Source: a bacterium
GTDB taxonomy: Bacteria > Myxococcota_A > UBA9160 > UBA6930
Reading direction: 5' to 3'
Length of the DNA stretch: 64,000 bases
Assembly: GCA_024226235.1 (NCBI GenBank)
Contig: JAAELW010000085.1
Coordinates: forward strand, 756 to 64,755
Positions within the stretch are counted from its first letter, which is position 1, and each line of letters begins with the position of its first letter. The notes beneath the pieces are model-generated. The model was not told the origin of the DNA. It was given only the letters and a program-made list of their open reading frames with translations, and searched no databases. A program made the position numbers and the translations under genes. Positions 9,402 to 17,923 of the stretch are shown here, piece by piece.

Positions 9402-9833
9402 TCAATCTTCCGCCTGCCAGTACCTCTGCATCTCGACGTAGGTGAACGAGGCCGTCCAGGCGATCAACACGAGGCCCGTCAAGGCCTCGACCACACACAG
9501 GATGCGCAGAGGTCCGACGGGTACGAGATCTCCATAACCGAGCGAGGTATACGTGGTGACTGAGAAGTAGAACACGTCACGCGCACTCGAAATGGGCCCG
9601 TCGATCCCGCCAAGACCTGCTTCAACTAGCAACCCGATGCCCACCGCAAAGACGACGGCCTCAGTCAGATGGGCCATCACCGCAGCCAGGATGACCACCC
9701 CTACGCGAAAACGGCGGGGAAGCCGGCTTCTGGGGAGCCGGGCCGAGAGAAGGCGCAACACCTCGAAGTGTATGCCAATCGCCAGCAGGACGAGGGTGAT
9801 CGTAGCCGCGACGACGAACAGATTGGCCGTCAC
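9402..9833 (-). CDS. minimal two-TM potassium channel
   Basis: Selectivity filter TTYTSLGYGD flanked by two hydrophobic helices. GTG 9833 chosen because it forms a GTGA overlap with the HAD stop; track start 9905 would overlap HAD by 76 nt. Confidence 0.75.
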   Translation of the reverse strand: MTANLFVVAATITLVLLAIGIHFEVLRLLSARLPRSRLPRRFRVGVVILAAVMAHLTEAVVFAVGIGLLVEAGLGGIDGPISSARDVFYFSVTTYTSLGYGDLVPVGPLRILCVVEALTGLVLIAWTASFTYVEMQRYWQAED

Positions 9834-10585
9834 GAGCGGGCTACCTCGAATAGACCCGCCAGCTCCTGAAGATCGGCGAGCCGCAGACAATCCGTCTCGC
9901 CCCAATCATCGAATGGATCCAGCAGCGCGGTGTGGATACCGCATGCGCGCGCGCCGAGCACATCGGCATGATACAGATCACCGACGTGCAGGGTCGAGGC
10001 CGGGCGGGCATCGGCGCGCTCCAGCGCGGCATCGAAGATGCGCCGATCCGGCTTCTCGAAACCTATCAGATGCGAGTCGACCACCTCTTCGAAGTATCCC
10101 AACAGGTCGCAGTTCGCCAGAGCGCGCTCTACTGTTCCGTCCGAATTGCTGACCACGACGAGCCGAAGCTCCATCCCGCGCAGGCGCTCGAGAGCCTCGT
10201 GGGTTCCGGGCAGCACCCAGCACCAGAGGCGATCGGAAGCCCCGGGCTCGCGAACCACCGCGGCCACCTCGGCCGCCAGCTCTGCTGGAGCTGCCGGTGG
10301 CTGCTGCAGCGCATCGAGGGTGAACCTCAAATAGGTCGCGAAGCTGCCGTCCCCTTCCGTGCGCCGTTGTTCGTGTGCCCAGGCTGAAACCCGCGGCCGG
10401 GCAGCGGCCTCTGCACGGCGTAGATCACTGGGCGTGCAGGCAGCGCCGCGGGACGCAAGCTCGCTGGCCACGCGCTCGAAATCGATGGACAGCAGGGTGT
10501 TGCCCGCGTCGAGGAACAGCGTATCGATGTCGGAGAAGGGAACCCGAGAAGGCACGGGCGGAAGGTAGCCCGTAACGGGCGGCAA
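9830..10585 (-). CDS. HAD-superfamily hydrolase (subfamily IA-like)
   Basis: 251 aa; FLDAGNTLL motif I variant, VVSNSDG motif II, HVGDLYHADVLGA motif IV. Confidence 0.8.
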   Translation of the reverse strand: MPPVTGYLPPVPSRVPFSDIDTLFLDAGNTLLSIDFERVASELASRGAACTPSDLRRAEAAARPRVSAWAHEQRRTEGDGSFATYLRFTLDALQQPPAAPAELAAEVAAVVREPGASDRLWCWVLPGTHEALERLRGMELRLVVVSNSDGTVERALANCDLLGYFEEVVDSHLIGFEKPDRRIFDAALERADARPASTLHVGDLYHADVLGARACGIHTALLDPFDDWGETDCLRLADLQELAGLFEVARS

Positions 10586-10591
10586 CCGCCG

Positions 10592-11308
10592 CTACTCGGA
10601 GTCGGAACCGCCTCCAAACAGATCCGGTGTATTCCGCTCGGTGGGTTCCGAGGGCTCCGGACGATCCGGTCGCATCTGCTCCTCGGCAAAGTGAGCGACG
10701 GCATTGCGCACGGTTTCGAAGGTCTCAGCACGCTCTGCGGCCACGACCTCACGCCGGGCGCCGAATGCCATCAGCAGGCTCGCCGCGTCGTGGAGCCCGC
10801 GGTCGAGGCCCCTGGATGCAGCGCCTGCGAACTCCTCGAGCTGTGCGCGGCTCGGATTCGGCTCCTCGAGCTGGAATGCATCGTACACATAGCCGATGAT
10901 CCCGGTGAAGATGCGATCGGCGATGGCGGAGGTGGACGGATCGCTGGGCTCGCGAATCGACTCCAGGAAGGCCTCGCGGCCGGCCGCTTCGAGGCTCTTC
11001 TCTCCGAGCGAGAGCTCCTCCTCGATGCTGTCGAGAGTGCGAGTCGCAACCTCAGCGCGCGCGAGCGACTCGCGCGCAGCAAGTGAAATCTCGACCTGGA
11101 CTCCACGCTCCGGCTGAGCTTGCTGGGGCCGCTCTTGGGCTCGAGGCGTAGGTTCCTCGGCGACGCGGGCGACCGCATCTATGGGTTCAGGTCGAACAGG
11201 GCTGGTGGGGGGGAGATCCGGCATCCTTGCGGCTCCAACCCCAATGTCCGGGGGGGGTGCCCCCGGCCTTGGGGACTTGATTCCGTTTCGGCCTACCCCC
11301 CGTTCCAC
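10592..11308 (-). CDS. hypothetical protein (resembles DUF5610-type proteins); alternative start ATG 11224
   Basis: 238 aa; Pro/Glu-rich N-terminus then helical domain ADRIFTGIIGYVYDAF...GLDRGLHDAASLL; first gene downstream of flgE. Confidence 0.55.
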   Translation of the reverse strand: MERGVGRNGIKSPRPGAPPPDIGVGAARMPDLPPTSPVRPEPIDAVARVAEEPTPRAQERPQQAQPERGVQVEISLAARESLARAEVATRTLDSIEEELSLGEKSLEAAGREAFLESIREPSDPSTSAIADRIFTGIIGYVYDAFQLEEPNPSRAQLEEFAGAASRGLDRGLHDAASLLMAFGARREVVAAERAETFETVRNAVAHFAEEQMRPDRPEPSEPTERNTPDLFGGGSDSE

Positions 11309-11406
11309 TTGAGGCCGAATAGCTACATTCTGAATGAAATCACACGCGCAGACCCCGCAGGGACGAAACCCCGCGATACCTCAATAAGCCACCAAGTAGC
11401 AAGACG

Positions 11407-12705
11407 TTACTGGCCGAGTTGCACGACATTGGCCAGCAGCTCGTTGACCACCGAGACCGTCCGGGTGTTCGATTGGAAAGCCCGCTGGTTGATGATCAAC
11501 CGCACGAACTGATCCGCCAGGTCCACGTTCGACTGCTCGAAGTTGTTGGCCCGAATCGCACCGAACTGGCCGGTGCGCGCCTCACCAACCAGCGGCTGAC
11601 CCGAAGCACGCGTCTCGAGCAGGTTGTTGTTGCCGGTCGCAGCCATTCCTTCGACGCTCGGGAACTGGGCCAGCGCGACCTGCACGATGTTTCGCGTCTC
11701 ACCGTTCGAGAAGCTGCCGACCATCATTCCGTCCGTGTCGATGCTGACCGCCTGCAACGCGCCCGGCGCGAAACCGTCCTGGGTCCTCGAGTTGATCGCA
11801 GATTCAGCAGCGTACTGCGTGGTCGGCTCACCGGTTCCGACTCCGGCCACCGGACCATAATCGAAATTCACGGCCTGCGCCGCGGCTGCACCACCCGAGA
11901 AGTTGAACGTCACCGGATTGCCGGTCAAGGCCGTCAGATCACCCGTAGCGTCGAACGTAAGCGTACCACCACCCATCACCACGTAGGGATCGGTCGGGGC
12001 CGCGGGCGCAGTCGTCGTATCAGCCGGAGCGACTGCCGCAGTCCAATCCCAGGTGTTCGCGGCCACTGCCTTGCTGAAGAAGATCGTCGTCGAATGCCCG
12101 GTTCCAAGCGAGTCGAACAATGTGACGGTCTGCTGGAAGTCCGATGTGAGTTGGGCGTTGGCCGGGTCGAACGGGACAGTGGGAGTCGTGACCGCGGCAT
12201 CAAGGTTCAACGACATGTTGACCGTGCCCGAGACCTGAGGGGATGCGATACCCGGAATCAACCGGATGTCAGTCAATGCGCCCGTCGAGGTGCCGGTGGT
12301 CTGATCGACCGTGAAGCCCTGAACATTGAACCCCTCCTTGTCGACCAGGTAGCCCTGGTTGTCGAAACCGAACAGACCGGCCCGCGTGTAACGGCGGCCG
12401 CCCGTTGCGTCGTCCAGGATGAAGAAGCCCGAGCCCTCGATCGCCATGTCCGTAGACCGCTCGCTGGATTCGAAGCTGCCCTGGCTGTCGACCCGAATGA
12501 TCCGCGCGACTCGCGCGCCGGACCCCGTCTGCGAGAAGCTGCCGCCGGTTCCCATGGCCTGGCCCAGGATGTCCGAAAATTCGGCGCGCCGCTGCTTGAA
12601 GCCGGGCGTGTTGACGTTGGCGATATTCTCTCCGATCACGGAGATGGCGGTGGAGCTGGTCTCGAGACCGGTGACGCTGGAAAACAATGCATTGGAAAGT
12701 GACAT
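11407..12705 (-). CDS. flgE: flagellar hook protein FlgE
   Basis: 432 aa; MSLSNALFSSVTGL...IANVNTPGFK N-terminus and FVRLIINQRAFQSNTR C-terminus. Confidence 0.95.
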   Translation of the reverse strand: MSLSNALFSSVTGLETSSTAISVIGENIANVNTPGFKQRRAEFSDILGQAMGTGGSFSQTGSGARVARIIRVDSQGSFESSERSTDMAIEGSGFFILDDATGGRRYTRAGLFGFDNQGYLVDKEGFNVQGFTVDQTTGTSTGALTDIRLIPGIASPQVSGTVNMSLNLDAAVTTPTVPFDPANAQLTSDFQQTVTLFDSLGTGHSTTIFFSKAVAANTWDWTAAVAPADTTTAPAAPTDPYVVMGGGTLTFDATGDLTALTGNPVTFNFSGGAAAAQAVNFDYGPVAGVGTGEPTTQYAAESAINSRTQDGFAPGALQAVSIDTDGMMVGSFSNGETRNIVQVALAQFPSVEGMAATGNNNLLETRASGQPLVGEARTGQFGAIRANNFEQSNVDLADQFVRLIINQRAFQSNTRTVSVVNELLANVVQLGQ

Positions 12706-12717
12706 GGTGGTTGAACC

Positions 12718-12903
12718 TCAGCCTTGATGGGGGTTGGAAAACACGCCGTCGAACTCGTCCGAGTGAACGGCTTCCGCGCTGCGCCGCTGTTCGGAGACGG
12801 CTTCACGGAGAATCGAATGGAAAGGCGGTACCGGAGAGAGCCGCACCCAGCGGGCCAGACGGACCCGCATGCGTCCGAGCCAGGTGGTCGTGGGGCGCTT
12901 CAT
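12718..12903 (-). CDS. candidate small ORF (61 aa) between flgD and flgE
   Basis: ATG 12903 forms an ATGA overlap with the flgD stop. Its TGA lies inside the flgE Shine-Dalgarno (GGCTGAGG, 12 nt before ATG 12705). It fills an otherwise 194-nt gap; no recognisable family. Confidence 0.35.
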   Translation of the reverse strand: MKRPTTTWLGRMRVRLARWVRLSPVPPFHSILREAVSEQRRSAEAVHSDEFDGVFSNPHQG

Positions 12904-13541
12904 TCCCGTACCTCGCGTACGTCGGCCAGGTTGGCTTCGGCACGACCCAGGAAGAGCACACCATTTTGAATGGCTGTCCCGGTCACGCGGCTCTCGACCA
13001 ACGAACGGGCCTGCGCTCCCTCGATCTGATTGATGCGAATGGTGTAGAGCCCGGCGCCCGGCTGCTCACTGAAGTCGGTCCAGTCGAGCTCGGTGATGCC
13101 CGCGTTCTGGAGGCCCAGATCGTCGTTGCGTGCGGCAAGCATTCCATCCTCGTTGAAGAGCTCGACACTCCGCACGTCGGCGGGCTCCGATAGCTCGAAG
13201 GCCAGCTTGGGCAGCTCGCTGGCATTCGGGTCGATCTCGAACTGGCTCGCTTGAACCTGGACGGTCTTTCCGATCAATCCCACGGCGCCGAGTGTCTGGG
13301 CCTGAACCTGCACCGATGCGAGCTCGTCGATGGCCTCGCGCATTCCGAGAAGCTGCTCGAGGCTCGAGAACTGTGCGAGCTGGGCGGTGAACTCGGTACC
13401 GTCCTGCGGTTCGAGGGGATCCTGGTTTTCGAGCTGTGCAATCAGCATCGCCAGAAAATCCTCTTGGCCCAGCTCGGGTCGTTCCGAAGAACCCGTGATG
13501 TTCGAGGACGAGTTCGAAGTAATGACGTCAGTAGAGATCAT
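12900..13541 (-). CDS. flgD: flagellar hook capping/assembly protein FlgD
   Basis: MISTDV...LGQEDFLAMLIAQLENQDPLEPQDGTEFTAQLAQFSSLEQL; ATG 13541 preceded by GAAGGA; the track ORF is over-extended. Confidence 0.9.
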   Translation of the reverse strand: MISTDVITSNSSSNITGSSERPELGQEDFLAMLIAQLENQDPLEPQDGTEFTAQLAQFSSLEQLLGMREAIDELASVQVQAQTLGAVGLIGKTVQVQASQFEIDPNASELPKLAFELSEPADVRSVELFNEDGMLAARNDDLGLQNAGITELDWTDFSEQPGAGLYTIRINQIEGAQARSLVESRVTGTAIQNGVLFLGRAEANLADVREVRE

Positions 13542-13554
13542 GGTATTTCCTTCG

Positions 13555-14931
13555 TCAGGCCAGTAGATCGACGGCGGTGTGCATGTCGACGACGGGCGGG
13601 GGTAGTGCCGGATCCGCGGTGGGACCGCTTGCATCGTTCTCTGCAAGTTCCCCGGAGCCGGATGAATCGTCCGTTCCCTCGCGGTTCTGTCCGCCCGCAC
13701 GGGCCGAAGCGTCTTGCTGCGCCTGTGCGTTGGTCTGGGCCGAGTCGTCGTCGCGACTCATATCGGTCTGAAGCCCGCGAACATCGAACTGGTCGATATG
13801 CAGATCGCGGCCAGAGAGTGCATCGACAAGCAGGTCGCGACTCTGGACGGCGGCCAGCTGCGCAGCCGGCTCCTGGGCGCGAATCACGATGTCGACCGCT
13901 GAGCCGCGTACTTTCACCATCAGTTCCAGCTCACCGAGCTCCGGCGGGTGCAGGGAGATCCGTGCATTGCCCCCCTGACGAGCGGCTAGCCATTCGACGT
14001 GAACCGGCAATACCTCCTCCGGGGCTCCAGCCGCCGGAAGCGAAGTGGCCTGCGACGTACCCGCCGGTGTGGTCACTCCTGGAGTTCCGCCGATCGGTGC
14101 GAGCGGGACCGCGGGCGCCGGCGGGGGTGCGGGAGCCGGTCGAGCCTCGTCTCGCGCCTCGAGGGCGGCCGCGAACTCACTGCCGGCCGCGGTGGGCGGT
14201 GGCGCCTCGGGCTCGGCCAAGGGTGTCTGCGCACGCAGCGCTGCATCCTGCGCACCGGTTTCGGAATCCATCGCCGTTCCGCCGCCGCCAGTCGCCTTGA
14301 TCTGCAGGTTTGATGCAGCCTGTGCAGCCTCGGGAAGCGTGCGATCCGCCGATTCCGTCACCAGCGGTCGAGCAATGGGTAGCCCGGCAACCGCATCATC
14401 CACGACGGTGGGCTTTGTGAGCTCGATCGCAGCGGGTGCCATCCCCGTTTCGGGAAGTGGCTCGGCCAGGCTCGTCGGAGCCTGCGATGCGATCCCGGTC
14501 ACTGCTTCCGGCATACCTTCCGGCAATGTCTTGCGGATCCCCGCAGCGAGGCCCTCGACCAACGCGGACTCCCGAGCCGGTTGGTCCGCTTCCAGATCCG
14601 AGGCGACGGGCCGGAGCAGCTCCGTCGCCGGATCGGGCAGGTCATCATTCATCGTCTGCTGCGCGCTCAGTGCGATACTCTCGAGTAGTGTGAGCACACG
14701 AGCCTCGGGGGCGATTGGCGCGAGCACCGCCTCGGCAGCCAGGGCGGCTTCGGCTTGTTCCGTGCCATCCTCGGCCGCGGCATCGCCCTCCTCGCCCTGA
14801 GCCTGCTCTTTCTGAGGAACCGCCTGGGCAAGTACCTCTTCGAACTCCGCTCCTTCCCCGGATTGCTCGACCTGAGAAGCACCTGACGCGGGCAGGTCCA
14901 CGGGTTCACTCACGATGGCTTGGACGTTCAT
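13555..14931 (-). CDS. fliK: flagellar hook-length control protein FliK
   Basis: 458 aa; Ala/Pro/Glu-rich ruler region plus C-terminal LHPPELGELELMVKVRGSAVDIVIRA...QFDV domain. Confidence 0.85.
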   Translation of the reverse strand: MNVQAIVSEPVDLPASGASQVEQSGEGAEFEEVLAQAVPQKEQAQGEEGDAAAEDGTEQAEAALAAEAVLAPIAPEARVLTLLESIALSAQQTMNDDLPDPATELLRPVASDLEADQPARESALVEGLAAGIRKTLPEGMPEAVTGIASQAPTSLAEPLPETGMAPAAIELTKPTVVDDAVAGLPIARPLVTESADRTLPEAAQAASNLQIKATGGGGTAMDSETGAQDAALRAQTPLAEPEAPPPTAAGSEFAAALEARDEARPAPAPPPAPAVPLAPIGGTPGVTTPAGTSQATSLPAAGAPEEVLPVHVEWLAARQGGNARISLHPPELGELELMVKVRGSAVDIVIRAQEPAAQLAAVQSRDLLVDALSGRDLHIDQFDVRGLQTDMSRDDDSAQTNAQAQQDASARAGGQNREGTDDSSGSGELAENDASGPTADPALPPPVVDMHTAVDLLA

Positions 14932-14958
14932 TGTCTCCCCTTTTTCATGCCCTGGCTC

Positions 14959-15918
14959 TCACTGGGTGGAGGGCTTCGCGGGTTCCATTGCCAGCGGGTG
15001 CGCAACCCGACGGCTCATATCGAGAGCGCGCGTCACCGAGATGCGCGCCAGCACGGCAGCTGATTGCTTGTCCTTCATCTTCGCGACGATCTGGGTCGCG
15101 AGGCTCACGTCCAGCTCCTCCAGCAGGGACGCCGCCCGAGCTGGTTGAAGGGCTGAGTAGATCTTGGCGAGCTTTCGAACCGAATCGCCGTTATCGGCTT
15201 CCCAGGCTGCGATGCGCTCCTCGACCGTGCTCGCGATCTTCTCGAGCTCGACCAGCTGCTCGGCAATCGCTTGCTCCAGCTCGACGACAGCCTGCTCTCG
15301 CTCCGCTAGCTCCGCATCGCGTCGGTCGAGTTCCACCTGGCGGGTGCGAATCTCCGTCAGAAGCGTAGTCACGCCGTATTCGCTCTGGACCTTGGCGGGT
15401 TCTCCGTCCTGCTGGGCGACCGCTTCGAAAGGAACGACCCATGTTGCCGCGAATACGATGAACACCAACCAGCTCGCCAGGGGACGCGTTCCGAAGCGAC
15501 GCAATCCGGCTTCATCGAGCTGTCGCTGCTCCCGGCGAGCACGTTCGCGTTGCTCGCGTTGATGATGCAACGCTCTCATCCGCTCGAGCGCCTTGACTCG
15601 TTGACGCGCCTTCAGGACAGCATCACGACATACCGCAACCTGCTCTCGGGCGGTCGCGATCTCGGCCGTGGCTTCCAGGACCTCGTCGCCAAGCTGCGCA
15701 ATGCCGTCGGCGGCAATACGCAGCTCGCCCGAGTCGAGACCTCCCTGCAGGCGATCGCGCAAGATATCGCGCGCACGGTGAGCCCTCGCTCGTATTTCGT
15801 CCACCCGTTGAACGGCACGCGCCTCTGCACGCTCCGCCTGGACCAATTGAAAGGCCGCCTGATCGAGTTCGTGGCTTCGAACGCGCAGAACGGAACCGAG
15901 TCGGAAGCCCCGCCTCAT
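14959..15918 (-). CDS. fliJ: FliJ fused in frame to a TM + coiled-coil + MgtE_N-like (YlxF/FlbB/MotE-type) module
   Basis: Residues 1-138 are a FliJ-like coiled coil (ATGA overlap with the fliI stop). Residues ~145-165 are a TM helix (LASWLVFIVFAATWVV), followed by LAKIYSALQPARAASLLEELD...AKMKDKQSAAVLARI. No stop codon between; possible internal TTG at 15504. Confidence 0.8.
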   Translation of the reverse strand: MRRGFRLGSVLRVRSHELDQAAFQLVQAERAEARAVQRVDEIRARAHRARDILRDRLQGGLDSGELRIAADGIAQLGDEVLEATAEIATAREQVAVCRDAVLKARQRVKALERMRALHHQREQRERARREQRQLDEAGLRRFGTRPLASWLVFIVFAATWVVPFEAVAQQDGEPAKVQSEYGVTTLLTEIRTRQVELDRRDAELAEREQAVVELEQAIAEQLVELEKIASTVEERIAAWEADNGDSVRKLAKIYSALQPARAASLLEELDVSLATQIVAKMKDKQSAAVLARISVTRALDMSRRVAHPLAMEPAKPSTQ

Positions 15919-17297
15919 GCCATCCCCTCTGCAACGTTGGGCATCACGGCCGGCTCGGGCGGCGTCGCCAGAGCATCCGCCAGTGCCGTCTGGCTCGCCT
16001 CCAGGTCCGCCGCTTCCTCGCGCCCCTGCTTCAGGAAGCGCATCAGCGGCTCTCGCAGCCGCCTGGCCTCATCGATCGCCGGGTCACTCCCTTCGGCGTA
16101 GGCTCCAATCGAGATCAGATCCTCTGCATCCCGATAGGTCGCAAGCAATGCTCGAGCACGAGCCGCCTGGGCCATCATCTCCGGCGGAACCACATCGGGC
16201 ATCACCCGCGAGACACTGGCCAGCGGATCGATGGCCGGATGATGACCACGCTCGGCGAGATCTCGGGAGAGCACGACGTGGCCATCCAGCAGGGCCCGGG
16301 CCGAATCGGCGACCGGTTCCATCAGGTCATCGCCTTCGACGAGCACGGTATAGATGGCCGTGATCGATCCGCCCGCAGCGCCGGTTCCGGCACGCTCGAC
16401 TAGCTTGGGCAGCTCCGCCCAGACCGAGGGCGGATAGCCTCGAGTCGCAGGCGGTTCGCCGGCACCGAGCCCGATCTCGCGAAGCGCCGTGCAGAAACGC
16501 GTGAGCGAATCGAAGAGCAACAGAACGTGACGACCCTGGCTCCGCAACTCCTCGGCCAACGCCGTAGCCATCAGTGCGGCGCGCTTGCGCAGGAGCGGCG
16601 GTTCATCGCTGGTCGCCACCACGACCGTCGAGTGCTCGAGAGCACTCCCGAGGTCCCGCTCGACGAATTCCCGAACCTCACGCCCCCGCTCTCCGACCAA
16701 TCCCACGACGACCGCATCGGCTTGGGTGTAGCGAGCAATCTGTCCGAGGAGTGTCGACTTGCCGACCCCAGAACCCGCGAAGAGACCGATCCGAGCACCG
16801 CGCCCGACCGTGAGAAGCGCGTTCATCGTTCGCACGCCGAGGTCCAGCGGTGTATCGATGCGATCGCGGTCGAGTACGCGCTCAGGCTTTCGCTGGAGGC
16901 TCGCACCGCCACCCTGAGGCAGCGGTGCACCGCCATCGAGCGGACGGCCCAGACCATCGATCACGCGGCCGAGGCACCTCATTGCGGGAGGCGCCTTGAC
17001 ATGACTCGCGCGGAGCCGGAGCGGGGTCCCGGGTCCAACGCCACTGGCGTCCGAGAGTGCCATCAACACCGTGCGCCCCTCGCGGAAACCGACCACCTCT
17101 GCACCGAGCTTGTGGCCCCGGCTCGGTTCGAGCTCGCATAGCGATCCGATGCGTGCCGGCAGGCCTATCGCTTCGATGGAGGGGCCCACCACGCTAGTCA
17201 CACGACCTTGCAGCTCGGCACGGGGCATGCCAACCAGACGCTCCCGGCAGGCGAGGAAGAACTCCTGATGAACACTCGGCATTTCCGGCGCACTCAT
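15915..17297 (-). CDS. fliI: flagellum-specific ATPase FliI
   Basis: 460 aa; Walker A GSGVGKST, Walker B LLLFDSLTR. Confidence 0.95.
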   Translation of the reverse strand: MSAPEMPSVHQEFFLACRERLVGMPRAELQGRVTSVVGPSIEAIGLPARIGSLCELEPSRGHKLGAEVVGFREGRTVLMALSDASGVGPGTPLRLRASHVKAPPAMRCLGRVIDGLGRPLDGGAPLPQGGGASLQRKPERVLDRDRIDTPLDLGVRTMNALLTVGRGARIGLFAGSGVGKSTLLGQIARYTQADAVVVGLVGERGREVREFVERDLGSALEHSTVVVATSDEPPLLRKRAALMATALAEELRSQGRHVLLLFDSLTRFCTALREIGLGAGEPPATRGYPPSVWAELPKLVERAGTGAAGGSITAIYTVLVEGDDLMEPVADSARALLDGHVVLSRDLAERGHHPAIDPLASVSRVMPDVVPPEMMAQAARARALLATYRDAEDLISIGAYAEGSDPAIDEARRLREPLMRFLKQGREEAADLEASQTALADALATPPEPAVMPNVAEGMA

Positions 17298-17923
17298 CGG
17301 CTCTCACCGTTCGCTTCCAGAAGCTCTTCGCGGATTCGGGCCAGTGCCCGGTCGAGCTCGATCTCGAGCAGATTTTCCCCACCTTCGACACGAGCCTGGC
17401 CTGCCGCGAGTTCCTCGTCGGCTGCGAGCGTCGCGCCCCAATCCCCGGCCAGCCGCTCGAGAGACGGAGCTCCGCCGCTCCGTAGCACCTCGTAGTCAGA
17501 GGGCGAGAGATGCACCATGGGGGGAGCGTGCCCCTGCAATAGCTCGAGCGCATCAGCCAGCTGGGCTGCCAACGCATCCGGATCCGCTTGGATCTCCCGC
17601 GCGACCAGATGGCTGGCAATGGCGAGCGCCAGATCCACGATCGCGACACGCTGGCTACGCAAGCCATCGCGCTGGATCAACGCGAGCGATTCACCCGCAG
17701 TTGCCAGTGCATCGGCGGCGCTCCGAAGAAGGTTCACATCGTCCCAGGGCAGCTCAGCACTACCGGCCTGTCGGCCCTCTTCGAAGGCAGCTGCGAGTTG
17801 CTCCTCGAAGGAGGACGCAACCGCTGCCTCCCTGGAAATGAAGCCTCCATCCTCTCCGAAGAGCGGATCCGATTCGAAGGCGGACGGGCCTTCCAGAGAA
17901 TCTGCCCTAAACAAGGACGTCAT
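17294..17923 (-). CDS. fliH: flagellar assembly protein FliH
   Basis: Position between fliG and fliI, ATGA overlap with the fliI start, Glu/Ala-rich coiled coil; ATG 17923 preferred to track start 18007. Confidence 0.8.
   Translation of the reverse strand: MTSLFRADSLEGPSAFESDPLFGEDGGFISREAAVASSFEEQLAAAFEEGRQAGSAELPWDDVNLLRSAADALATAGESLALIQRDGLRSQRVAIVDLALAIASHLVAREIQADPDALAAQLADALELLQGHAPPMVHLSPSDYEVLRSGGAPSLERLAGDWGATLAADEELAAGQARVEGGENLLEIELDRALARIREELLEANGESR

Noticed and set aside
11208-11267. G/C homopolymer runs and the CCGGGGG-N-CCCCCGG palindrome near the start of the post-flgE ORF, considered as a phase-variation tract or terminator
   Set aside because: The runs are short (7-8 nt), lie in or near the coding start with no U-tract, and cannot be judged for variability from a single sequence.
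11419-12702. 427-aa plus-strand ORF antisense to flgE. Similar long antisense ORFs include 17517..19004, 5869..7356, 19816..20844, 35125..36165, 46915..48027 and 50640..51563
   Set aside because: Each overlaps a gene with unmistakable family motifs on the other strand. Their translations are Arg/Gly/Pro-rich with no domain signatures, as expected from stop-codon depletion in high-GC DNA.
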